From a virus (taxonomy: Duplodnaviria > Caudoviricetes): 47,597 nt of DNA. Position numbers and translations under genes: made by a program. The stretch's first letter is position 1, and every line of letters starts with the position of its first letter. Shown one piece after another: positions 19,416-28,732 of the stretch. Where the stretch lies: positions 1 to 47,597 of IMG/VR virus record IMGVR_UViG_3300010366_000017, one strand, 5' to 3'. A model generated the notes under the pieces. The model did no database searches. It saw only the letters and a program-made list of their open reading frames with translations, and was not told the origin of the DNA.

Positions 19416-20281
19416 GCAACGGCCAGCCGCAGCCCCGGATCATCGTTCCGCTCGCGTCGCCGGACCCGGCAACGACGGACTGGGTGCCGCTCGGGCCGCC
19501 AGGCCCCGGCATCCCCCCGGCCGGGTCGACGAACCAGGCATTGGTCAAGAACAGCGGCACCGACTACGACGTCAAGTGGGGCGCCGCCGGTGCCGACCTG
19601 ATCTACGACGGCGACTACGCCTCCGGGCCGACCTACAAGGACGGCGAGATTGTCGTCTACCAGGGGATCGCCTACATCTGCACGATGCCCACCACAAGCC
19701 CACCGTCGGCATGGCCCGGCGGCGGTGCTGTCGCGCAGCCACCGGCGACCGTCACCAGCTACGGGATCACGCTCCCCACCGGCCCCTACGACGGGCAGGA
19801 AGCGGTGCTGGTCGACAGCATCACCGGGTCGAACTGGCAGTGGCGGTTCCGCTACAACGCAGGCCGCACCTCCGACACGAACAAGTGGGAGTTCGTCGGC
19901 GGCGCACCTGCTGTGTACGGCCCGTCCGGGTCGCTCAGCACCAACTCAACAACAGCGGCGGCGGTCCCAAGCGGACCAGCGTTCACAGCGCCAAGAAACG
20001 GCAGCTACCAGATTCTGGTCACCATCGAGTTCGGCAACGCCGGTGTCGCGTCAGGCGGCTACACCGCCTACGGCAGGCTGATGTCGTCAGTGAGCGGCCA
20101 GGTCGGCGACTACGGAATGGCTATTTCAACAGCGGCCTGGTCGTCGGCCTGTAAGACCATGCTGCTCGGGAAAACGATGACGGCCGGGGAAACCCTGACC
20201 TGGCAGGGTCTTCTCAACAACACGGTGCAAACAACGATCGGGCCGATCGGGATGACCGTGACGCCGTGGCGGGTCGCATGA
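19412..20281 (+). CDS. modular fibre / receptor-binding protein 1
   Basis: GTG at 19412 overlaps upstream stop; DGQEAVLVDS...WRFRYNA...KWEFVGG module. Confidence 0.75.
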   Translation: MSNGQPQPRIIVPLASPDPATTDWVPLGPPGPGIPPAGSTNQALVKNSGTDYDVKWGAAGADLIYDGDYASGPTYKDGEIVVYQGIAYICTMPTTSPPSAWPGGGAVAQPPATVTSYGITLPTGPYDGQEAVLVDSITGSNWQWRFRYNAGRTSDTNKWEFVGGAPAVYGPSGSLSTNSTTAAAVPSGPAFTAPRNGSYQILVTIEFGNAGVASGGYTAYGRLMSSVSGQVGDYGMAISTAAWSSACKTMLLGKTMTAGETLTWQGLLNNTVQTTIGPIGMTVTPWRVA

Positions 20282-21492
20282 CCGACGTCGCCACCCCGCA
20301 GGCCGCCCCCGTCACACCGCCCACGTCGAACCCGTGGGTGCCGATGTGGAACCTCGGCCCGACCGCCTACGACCTCCGCTACAACGGCGACTACGCCGCC
20401 GGGTCGTACACGGACGGCGACATCGTTGTTTACAACGGCGTTACCTACCTCTGCGTCAGACCCACATCAGCGGCGCCGACACCGTGGACCACGTTGGGCG
20501 CGTCACCGTCACCGAGCGTGGCCGTCTACCGCGCAACGGCATACAGTATCCCGCACGCGGCCTGGACTGCTGTCCCGTTCGATACTGTTCGCTACGACAA
20601 CAGCTCCCAGTGGGTGTCGGGTAGCCCAACGCGGCTGACCTGCAAAGTTGCTGGCACCTATGACGCGGCAGCCTATGTCCAGATGGGCGCCGCAGCTAAT
20701 GGTTCTTACCGGGTAATCGCGCTAGCGGTGAACGGTCTGTATGTGGCGGAATCGTCGCTGGCAGGAGCAACGATCACAGGCGCTGCCTCACCCCGCTTGA
20801 CTGCTTCCTCTCCGGTCCAGTTGAACGTCGGCGATTACGTGGAGGTTCATGCGTATCAGGATTCAGGTGCGGCGCTGGCGCTTGCCGGAGGCGCTAACGA
20901 GCCGTCCCAACTCTCGATGGCTTTGCTCGGCGGGCAGCCTGGTCCGCCCGGACCCGCCACCCCTGTCACCTACAGCACCTCGCTGCCTGCCAGCCCGGTG
21001 GATGGACAGGAGGCGATTCTCGTCGACTCGGTGACGAACCCGAGCTACCAGTGGCGCTTCCGCTGGAACGCCGGATCAACGAGTGCCTACAAGTGGGAGT
21101 TCGTCGGTGGAACCCAGGCATGGCTCCACAACGAGACAGGCACGTACATCACCCCGGCGAACACCTGGGTCAACCCGATAGGTGCGTCATTCCAGTTCGT
21201 GGTTCCAAGGTCAGGTGAGTATCAAGTTGATTTTTCTGGCCGTTACCACACGACCGGTGCTGCTGCCGACATTGTCAGCACAGGTTTTGGTGTTCAAGCG
21301 GCTACCAGTCCTAGCTCGGGTGCATGGACAACTACGCAGGTAGCTGGCACCAACTACCAGTTGTGTGCTGCTAAGGAATCTAGACTCGTTGCGGCAGCGG
21401 GTCAGTACATACAGCCCCTTCTCAACTCGGGGGTCACGACTACCTCGATTGATTACCCCCGCTTCTTCGTTCAGCCGGTGAGGGTGTCGTGA
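20278..21492 (+). CDS. modular fibre / receptor-binding protein 2
   Basis: ATGA coupling; C1q-like module (VPFDTVRYDN...RLTCKVAGTY...LNVGDYVE) plus DGQEA module. Confidence 0.78.
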   Translation: MTDVATPQAAPVTPPTSNPWVPMWNLGPTAYDLRYNGDYAAGSYTDGDIVVYNGVTYLCVRPTSAAPTPWTTLGASPSPSVAVYRATAYSIPHAAWTAVPFDTVRYDNSSQWVSGSPTRLTCKVAGTYDAAAYVQMGAAANGSYRVIALAVNGLYVAESSLAGATITGAASPRLTASSPVQLNVGDYVEVHAYQDSGAALALAGGANEPSQLSMALLGGQPGPPGPATPVTYSTSLPASPVDGQEAILVDSVTNPSYQWRFRWNAGSTSAYKWEFVGGTQAWLHNETGTYITPANTWVNPIGASFQFVVPRSGEYQVDFSGRYHTTGAAADIVSTGFGVQAATSPSSGAWTTTQVAGTNYQLCAAKESRLVAAAGQYIQPLLNSGVTTTSIDYPRFFVQPVRVS

Positions 21493-22571
21493 CCAGCATC
21501 GTCCCGCAGGCCGCCCCTGCCCCGGCGGGTGTTGACTGGGTTCCGATCTGGGGCTACAGCCAGTCCGGGGTTGTCCCGACGACGCAGCCGAGCGTCAGGG
21601 TCTATCGCAACGCAACCCAGTCGATCCCGAACACCGCGATGACAGCAGTCCAGTGGACTACTGTCCGTTACGACAACGGTCCGTCGCCGCACTGGGTTTC
21701 GGGTAGCCCGACACGACTGACCTGCCAGGTCGCAGGGACGTATCTCGTCTGGGGAGAGGTGCAGTGGGCTGGTGTCGCAGGAGGCACGATCAGAGGTGCG
21801 TGGCCGTACCTGAACGGGTCGATCTACATCGGTGCTGGCGGCCCACAAGGATCGACCCAGATCGCATCGGGGAACCCGATTGCGAACTCGCCATCACTGG
21901 TCTATCTGAACGTCGGTGACTACGTCGAGTTGCTCTGTTACCAGGACAGCGGCAGCGCTGTCAATGTCAACGCGAGCGACGGCGGAACCTCGCGCCACTC
22001 TTGCGAGTTCGGCATGGCCCTGCTCGGCGGGATGCAAGGCCCGCCCGGCCTGCAAACCCCCGTCAGCTACGGCACCCAGCTGCCCGCCTCGCCCGTCGAT
22101 GGGCAGGAGGCGATCCTCGTTGACAGCGTGACGAACCCGTCCTACCAGTGGCGGTTCAGATACAACGCCGCCTCTACCGGCACCTACAAGTGGGAGTTCG
22201 TAGGAGGCACAACCGCCCACGTCGAAGCGTCCGCTGCCGTGGTCGTGCCCAACTCAGGCTGGAACGTTGTCGCGGCGCCGACGTTCACGCTTCCCCGCGC
22301 AGGCACCTATCTCTTCACCGGCTGGGTCGACTGGACGAACGTGACTGCTGCGGTCGGGATGTGGCTCGCCCCGGCGATCGGGGCCGGAACGGTCGGCGGC
22401 GGCGCGATGACCTATCTCCCGGCTGGACAGAACATGGGCGGTATCCCCTCGACCGGTCAGACAACACAGCCTGCCGGGGCGGTTGCGAACCTGATGGTCT
22501 GGGCGGGTGTGGCGAACACGATCACGCTGCAGCGGCGGATGCTGCAGATCCAGCCGTGGAGGGTGTCGTAA
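21489..22571 (+). CDS. modular fibre / receptor-binding protein 3
   Basis: GTGA coupling; same C1q-like and DGQEA modules. Confidence 0.78.
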   Translation: MTSIVPQAAPAPAGVDWVPIWGYSQSGVVPTTQPSVRVYRNATQSIPNTAMTAVQWTTVRYDNGPSPHWVSGSPTRLTCQVAGTYLVWGEVQWAGVAGGTIRGAWPYLNGSIYIGAGGPQGSTQIASGNPIANSPSLVYLNVGDYVELLCYQDSGSAVNVNASDGGTSRHSCEFGMALLGGMQGPPGLQTPVSYGTQLPASPVDGQEAILVDSVTNPSYQWRFRYNAASTGTYKWEFVGGTTAHVEASAAVVVPNSGWNVVAAPTFTLPRAGTYLFTGWVDWTNVTAAVGMWLAPAIGAGTVGGGAMTYLPAGQNMGGIPSTGQTTQPAGAVANLMVWAGVANTITLQRRMLQIQPWRVS

Positions 22572-22580
22572 CCGACTCAG

Positions 22581-22597
22581 CGTAGAATCCGGCTGTG
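22581..22597 (+). promoter_or_regulatory. putative -10 element for a leaderless transcript
   Basis: CG-TAGAAT (22583-88), 6 nt, GTG 22595, no SD. Confidence 0.5.
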
Positions 22598-23821
22598 GCG
22601 ATCGTCTCGACGCCGAAGATCAAGCCGCCGACCGCAGGCACCACCAGCAGCGTCAACAGCCCCTACTACTACGGCGGTGGTGGGATCGCGTCCGCGAGCG
22701 TGACGCAGCAGCCGTCGAAGCCGATCGCAAGCCCGTTCAAGCTGACCCCGGCCGCGGCCGGGATGAGCCAGTTGCCCGGCTTCACCCAGACCGGCCTCGG
22801 CACGGGCGGCTCCAGCCCGTACACGGACCCGAACCGGTCGGCCGCGAACCCGTACAACTTCCCGGGCGGCCAGACCGAGACTGACCAGCTCTACAAGGAC
22901 TACCCGGGCCTGATCGGCGCACCGACGATCGACCCGCAGACGGCGATCAAGAACTACCTGCAAAACGACGCGATCCGGGTCGGCCAGATCCAGGCGTTGA
23001 ACGCCGGGCTGTCGTCGAACTGGGCAACCTCGGTGCTGTCTCCGGCGCAGCAGTACGAGCTGCAGTACGGCGGCGCCCCCAGGGACGCGTCCGGGAACCT
23101 GATGACCGCTGGCATGTTCGGCGAGGGGCCGACCGGGTTCGTGACGAACCTCGGCGACGCCGCCCCGAGCCTGGGCCAGTCGCTCGGCTCCGCCCTGCTT
23201 GATCCGACCCTTGTTGCCAATGCGCAGGGGAACAAGTTCAGCGCCCTCGCGCAGATCGCGGACCAGCTCCGCAACAAGAACGCCGCCAGCCTCGCCCGCT
23301 ACGGCGCCTACGGCAACACCGGCGCCATCGCCCAGTCGCAGGCGAACAACCAGCTGCAGGCGAACCAGGCGCAGCAGGACGCCGCGAACACGTTCCTCGG
23401 CAACCTCAACACCCTGTACGGGAACTTCCTCGGCAACCTGCAGACGGCGGGTGGGCAGTGGGGCCAGTACAACCAGGACGCGTTCACCAGGATGATGAAC
23501 CTGATCCAGAACAGCGACTTCGACCCGTTCGGCTCCAAGGCCGCAGCGGCAGCAGCAGCCGCCGCCCGGGCGGCGCAGCAGCCGCAGTACAGCCCGCAGC
23601 CGGGCGACACCGACGCTGGCTGGGGCGGCTACGCCGACAACCCCGACATCGGCCTCGGGCTGACGCAGCCGATCCCGGACGCGCCGACCTACTACGCGCC
23701 GTACCAGGGGCAGGGCGCGGGCGGGTTCACCGGCTCGACAACAGCACCGGCGGTGGTGATGCCGAAGAAGTCAACGTCGCTTAGGAGCAGCCCGTACTAC
23801 TACGGCGGCGGTGAGTGGTAG
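22595..23821 (+). CDS. internal virion (ejection) protein
   Basis: G/Q/N/A-rich, no Cys, in the podovirus core-protein position. Confidence 0.7.
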   Translation: MAIVSTPKIKPPTAGTTSSVNSPYYYGGGGIASASVTQQPSKPIASPFKLTPAAAGMSQLPGFTQTGLGTGGSSPYTDPNRSAANPYNFPGGQTETDQLYKDYPGLIGAPTIDPQTAIKNYLQNDAIRVGQIQALNAGLSSNWATSVLSPAQQYELQYGGAPRDASGNLMTAGMFGEGPTGFVTNLGDAAPSLGQSLGSALLDPTLVANAQGNKFSALAQIADQLRNKNAASLARYGAYGNTGAIAQSQANNQLQANQAQQDAANTFLGNLNTLYGNFLGNLQTAGGQWGQYNQDAFTRMMNLIQNSDFDPFGSKAAAAAAAAARAAQQPQYSPQPGDTDAGWGGYADNPDIGLGLTQPIPDAPTYYAPYQGQGAGGFTGSTTAPAVVMPKKSTSLRSSPYYYGGGEW

Positions 23822-25594
23822 ATGGCTGTCCCGCTCGGCCCGGCCGCGCCAGGTAGAAGCAGCCCCGCGGTCACCCGGCCGGGCTGGTGGAAGGGGCTGC
23901 GGCAGCCGGGCGACTCGATGGCGAGCGTGCCACCGGCCGCCTACTACCACGGCGGCGCCGGGTACGACAACTGGTACGTCAACCAAGGCTCCGACCCGAA
24001 CGTGCGGGCCGACACGAGCGGCGACACGCCGCCGGTCAGGATCGGCTCGACGGGTCCGAGCCTCAGCAACTGGCTTGCCCTGAACACGCAGGGAGTCAAC
24101 CTCGGTGTCGGCAACGGGATGCAGATCGGGCTGAGAGGCCCGTACGCGCCGCCGCCGCCGAACTACGGCGACCCGAACCATCTCCCCGGCGGCATGGGCT
24201 ACCAGCCCGGAACCGGCAGGGCACCACCGGCCGACCCGACCGTCACCCGGCAGACGCAAGGGAACGTCGGGCTGCCGGTGGGGCTGATCGACCCGACCAC
24301 GCTGCCGCAGTTCGACCCGAAGGCGCTGGCGGCGTTGACGAAGCAGGTCGCGTCGGTGATGAACATCAACACGAAGGGGCTGTCGAAGGCCGCCGCGAAA
24401 CAGGCCAGGGCTGAGGTCGCCCAGAACGTCAAGGAGCTGGTTCGGCAGCAGCAGATGGTAGAGGCGCAGGCGAACCGGCTCGCGCAGGACTACCTGATGG
24501 GCGGCAAAGCCTCAGCGCAGCTCGCGCAGGCGCTACCCGGGATCCTGCAGTCGAACTACGACACCGCCGCCCGGACACTGTCGGGACTGGCGGGAGGCTA
24601 CGCCGGTGACATCCAGAACATCGCGCAGACGCAGGCGAACCAGATCGCAGCGAACCCGGCGACGGGCGGCGGCGCCCCGATCACCTCGTCCGGTGTCAAC
24701 GTCGCCGGGATGGTGCCGGGCGGGCCGCCGCTGCTGTCCGAGTCGATGCGGAACGCGCTCGTCGGCAACACCGCCGCCTACGTCGGCACACCCGGCACAG
24801 CACCGGGGCAGGGAACAGGGCTGCTCGGCGGCGAGTTCGGGCTGATCGGGCAGGCGGCGACGCTGCCGGGGATCCTGCAGGGGCAGGCGAACCAGAGCGC
24901 CCTCTTGGCCCAGGGCGCCGGGACAGCGGCGGCGGCGAAGCTGCTGCCGGACATCAAGGCGCAGCAGGCGAAGATCGGGCCGCTGACGCAGAGCTACTAC
25001 AACACGCTTCTGAGCGGCGCCCAGAAGAACGCGCAGGCGACGGCGACGAACCTGATCAACCTCGCGAAGATGTACAACATCACGCCGTACCAGGCCGCGC
25101 AGCTGCAGATCGGCGCTGGCCGGGCGAACGCCGCCACGCTGAAAGCGGCCGGGGCCACGAACAAGCCGGAGCGGCCGGTCATGGTCGGCAACGAGAAGCA
25201 GGGAACGTTCGCGTGGTACCCGTCGACCGGTGAGCGCATACAGGTGCTGCCTCCGGCGCCGACGACCGCGAAGGGACTCTCGAACGCGGACGTTCGTCAG
25301 CTCGGCAACAAGATCCAAAACGACGGGCTGGCCGGACAAATCTTCCAGAAGAATCCGGCGCTGCCCGGCGGCGGCCAGTGGATCGACGACCCGAACAACC
25401 CGAAGATCACGCTGCAGCAAGAGATCGACATGGTCATGTCGCGCACCAACTGGACCCGGCCGCAAGCGACCGCGTTCGTCGTCACGAACAGCGAGCAGTA
25501 CATGAACGACTTCAAGGGCGGCCAGATCCTGCAGGGTGCGTTGCACAACCTGAACCCGAACGACCCTCAGTACACCGGCAACTGGAAGCCGTAG
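23822..25594 (+). CDS. internal virion (ejection) protein
   Basis: 590 aa A/Q/G-rich helical. Confidence 0.7.
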   Translation: MAVPLGPAAPGRSSPAVTRPGWWKGLRQPGDSMASVPPAAYYHGGAGYDNWYVNQGSDPNVRADTSGDTPPVRIGSTGPSLSNWLALNTQGVNLGVGNGMQIGLRGPYAPPPPNYGDPNHLPGGMGYQPGTGRAPPADPTVTRQTQGNVGLPVGLIDPTTLPQFDPKALAALTKQVASVMNINTKGLSKAAAKQARAEVAQNVKELVRQQQMVEAQANRLAQDYLMGGKASAQLAQALPGILQSNYDTAARTLSGLAGGYAGDIQNIAQTQANQIAANPATGGGAPITSSGVNVAGMVPGGPPLLSESMRNALVGNTAAYVGTPGTAPGQGTGLLGGEFGLIGQAATLPGILQGQANQSALLAQGAGTAAAAKLLPDIKAQQAKIGPLTQSYYNTLLSGAQKNAQATATNLINLAKMYNITPYQAAQLQIGAGRANAATLKAAGATNKPERPVMVGNEKQGTFAWYPSTGERIQVLPPAPTTAKGLSNADVRQLGNKIQNDGLAGQIFQKNPALPGGGQWIDDPNNPKITLQQEIDMVMSRTNWTRPQATAFVVTNSEQYMNDFKGGQILQGALHNLNPNDPQYTGNWKP

Positions 25595-25597
25595 GCC

Positions 25598-28500
25598 GTG
25601 GCGACGCCGATCACGATCAACGGCGTCCCGGTCACCACGACGGCGCACCGGAGCTTCCTCGGCAACGTCGAACACATCGGCGGCCAGTTCGTCAACGACC
25701 TGATCGACGCGTTCACCGGCTCTGCCGGGGCGATGATCCACGGCAGCGAGTACGCGTTCACGCACAACCCGATCGACACGCTGTCGCAGCTGCCACGGAT
25801 CGGCGAGGCGATGGGGCAGCAGATGTGGACGGACGTCCAGCATCCGCTGCGGCACCCAGGCAACACGTTCCTGGACGCCTTGACGTTCCTGCCGATCCCC
25901 GGCGCCATCGCAGGCCGCGCCGCGCTGCTCGCAGGAACAGCCGCCCGCGGCGGCAGGCTCGCCGCCGACCTCGCCGAAGCGACCCGGCCCGCGCTCGCGG
26001 CCGGTGACCTCGCCGGTGCCCGCGAGATCGCCCGCTCGATGGGCCGCGGCGACGAGTTCAGCCGGGCGATCAGCCCGTCCGGGGAAGCCGTCCCGTACGC
26101 GAAACAGATCGGCCTCGACATCACCCGCGGCGCCCCGCGGCAGGAGCGGCTGCTCCGCACCCCGGAAGGCGACGTCGTCCACGGCTGGATCTACAGCCGC
26201 GACCCGACGATCAAGGCGGCGCAGAAGCTCGTCGACCGGGCCTACGACCACTGGACCGCGAACGGCCGCGCCGCGCCACCGCCGGTCTGGCGGGCGCTGC
26301 CGCCGTTCTGGCGCAGCCAGTCCAGCCGTGTCAGCCGCGCCGCGACCGCCGCCAACATTCAGCGCACCACCAGCCTCGGATCCGAGGCGCAGAGCCTCTG
26401 GAAGCAGTTCAAGAACGTCCCCGACGGGATGCACCTCGCCGCCCGGATGGTGCTGGAGGGCGTGACGCCGGAAGAGTTCGCCAAGTACCACACCGACGTG
26501 CTCGCCGGGCGGCACCCTGACGTGAAGGTGACACCGAGGATCGAGAAGGAGACGCAGCGCAGGCTTGGCCTGCTGCCGGAGGCGCAGCAGTACCTCCAGA
26601 ACGTCACCCATGACATCGTCGGCGATGACGGCGTCACCCGCAGCTACCAGGTGCCCGAGATCGCGCCGCAGTTCCACGGCACCACGATCGACAAGTACGT
26701 CGACCAGATCCGGACGATGTCGAACGAACGCTCAACGGCGTTCGTCGGTGCCGACGTGCTGAGTCCGGCGTCGGAGATCGCCCGCACGATCGCGCCGAAG
26801 CACGAGATGATGTACAAGGAGCTGCCGCTCTACGAGGAGTCGCTGCAGCACAACATCAAGAAGCTGGCAGGTGTGCAGCGGCTGCACCCGAACGACCCAG
26901 CGGTCTGGCAGAGGATGCAAGACACGATCAAGCGGGCACAGGAGAACCCGCTGATGCCGCAGGACGTCGCGGAGAAGCTGATCCAGAAGGCGAACCTGGC
27001 GCGTGTCCACTACGACCTGCCGCCCCTGGCGAAGATCCGCAACCTCGGCACCGTCGGCTTCCGGAGCGCCTACCGCGGCCACGGCAAGCCTGGTGCGCCC
27101 GGCACGATCACGCACCCGTACAAGGCCGAGATCCTCCGCGGCGGCGGCGGCGACATCAACACCGCCCGGGTGATGGCGCAGACCTACACGGAGGCGCAAC
27201 GCTACATCGCGCTGCACCAGAACTGGCAGCGGATCCTCGGGTCGCTGCAGGAGACCCCGGATCTGATCCCGGAGCGGTACCGGACGCTCGTCCGCAAGCC
27301 CGGGCTGCCGAACGTGATGACCCGCACCCAGGCCGACCGGTTCATGCAGCGAGCCGGGGAGACAGAGGACCTGTCGAAGAGCGAGGCGGAAGCCCTCGGG
27401 ATGAACTACGAGGAGACGAGGCAGGGGCTGTTCCCGAAACGGATCTGGGACCGGGCCGCGCAGGAGTTCCGGGACGTGATCGGGATGGCGAAGAACAACG
27501 AGACGGCGCCGCACGGCTACGGCTGGGCCGACAGCCGCCTGCTCGGCGGCCTCGACAAGCAGAACCCGCTGATCGGGCTGCTCTCAGCCAGCCCCGTCGC
27601 TCGCGGCATCGTCCGCTCGATCGACGCGATCAACACGATCAACAAGACCGCGATGCTGTACCTCAAGCCCGCCTACATCCTGCCGAACGCGTTGGGTAAC
27701 GTCGCTCTGAACCTGGTGCAGCAGGGGTTCATGATGCCGTACAACCTCGGCAAGAGCCTCTTTGTCTGGAACCGGCTACCGCAGGAAGCCAGGCAGCGGC
27801 TCCTGTCAGGGATGGGGGAGGGCGGCGCCCAGGTGATCGGTGACGTGTCCGGCACCGCCTTCAACCGGATCCAGCAAGGGTCGCGTTGGCTCAGCCGCAA
27901 GTACGGCAAGGTCGTCGATGAGCCGTTCCGGGTCAGTAGCTTCCTGCATGAGGCTGCCGTCGCCGGGTTCACGTCGAAGGACGACATCCTGCATCTGCTC
28001 AAGGACCCGAAGCTGCGCGATCAGTTCAACGACATCGCGCAGCGGGCGAACGACGCGATCATCAACTACGAGTTCCTGTCGCCGAACGAGCAGGCGATCA
28101 TGCGTCGCCTGATCTTCTTCTACCCGTGGATCAAGGGCGCGACCCGCTACGCCGCCCAGGTCTACAAGGAGCACCCGATCGCGACCGGGCTGCAGGCGCA
28201 GGGCGGGCGGCTGGAGAACAAGCGCACCGAGGAAATGCTGGGCGCTCTCCCGGCCGATCTGCGCGGCATCTTCGCCCTCCACGGCATGAACCCGAAGACC
28301 GGAGTTGCGCAGACGCAGAACCCGAACGCGTTCTCGATCCTGGAAACACCGGCGCACGTCGCGGAAGAGTTCCTGAACATCGTCGAGAGGAACCCGAACG
28401 CCGCCCTTAACTTCGCGAGCGAGATGTCGCCTTCTGATAGGGCGATGCTCGACATCATCACCGGCGGCATCACCGGCCAGAACCAGAGCGGCAAGGTCCT

Positions 28501-28732
28501 GAAAACGCAGTCGCCGCTGCGGACAGCGTGGAACGACCTGACCGGCACCGATGCGATCAGGACGCTCGTCAGGCATCTCCGTAACCAGGCGAAGCCGACC
28601 GCGATCTACCCGAACCAGAACTGGATCCGCGACCTGCTCCAGTTCGGCGTCTGGGGCAACCTCGGCCCGCGGGCAACTAACGTTCCGATGGCGAACTACA
28701 TCGCCTGGCTGGAGAAGCACCCGCATGGCTGA
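25598..28732 (+). CDS. large internal virion / DNA-ejection protein
   Basis: 1044 aa; INYEFLSPNEQAIMRRLIFFYPW motif typical of large polyvalent virion proteins. Confidence 0.75.
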   Translation: MATPITINGVPVTTTAHRSFLGNVEHIGGQFVNDLIDAFTGSAGAMIHGSEYAFTHNPIDTLSQLPRIGEAMGQQMWTDVQHPLRHPGNTFLDALTFLPIPGAIAGRAALLAGTAARGGRLAADLAEATRPALAAGDLAGAREIARSMGRGDEFSRAISPSGEAVPYAKQIGLDITRGAPRQERLLRTPEGDVVHGWIYSRDPTIKAAQKLVDRAYDHWTANGRAAPPPVWRALPPFWRSQSSRVSRAATAANIQRTTSLGSEAQSLWKQFKNVPDGMHLAARMVLEGVTPEEFAKYHTDVLAGRHPDVKVTPRIEKETQRRLGLLPEAQQYLQNVTHDIVGDDGVTRSYQVPEIAPQFHGTTIDKYVDQIRTMSNERSTAFVGADVLSPASEIARTIAPKHEMMYKELPLYEESLQHNIKKLAGVQRLHPNDPAVWQRMQDTIKRAQENPLMPQDVAEKLIQKANLARVHYDLPPLAKIRNLGTVGFRSAYRGHGKPGAPGTITHPYKAEILRGGGGDINTARVMAQTYTEAQRYIALHQNWQRILGSLQETPDLIPERYRTLVRKPGLPNVMTRTQADRFMQRAGETEDLSKSEAEALGMNYEETRQGLFPKRIWDRAAQEFRDVIGMAKNNETAPHGYGWADSRLLGGLDKQNPLIGLLSASPVARGIVRSIDAINTINKTAMLYLKPAYILPNALGNVALNLVQQGFMMPYNLGKSLFVWNRLPQEARQRLLSGMGEGGAQVIGDVSGTAFNRIQQGSRWLSRKYGKVVDEPFRVSSFLHEAAVAGFTSKDDILHLLKDPKLRDQFNDIAQRANDAIINYEFLSPNEQAIMRRLIFFYPWIKGATRYAAQVYKEHPIATGLQAQGGRLENKRTEEMLGALPADLRGIFALHGMNPKTGVAQTQNPNAFSILETPAHVAEEFLNIVERNPNAALNFASEMSPSDRAMLDIITGGITGQNQSGKVLKTQSPLRTAWNDLTGTDAIRTLVRHLRNQAKPTAIYPNQNWIRDLLQFGVWGNLGPRATNVPMANYIAWLEKHPHG

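Noticed and set aside
19412-22571. Diversity-generating retroelement or shufflon acting on the fibre genes
   Set aside because: No reverse transcriptase or invertase ORF, no near-identical template/variable repeat pair with adenine-specific differences, and all cassettes are co-oriented complete genes
25598-28732. Tape measure protein or virion RNA polymerase
   Set aside because: No tail tube or tail assembly chaperone genes and no polymerase catalytic motifs seen; context fits podovirus ejection proteins
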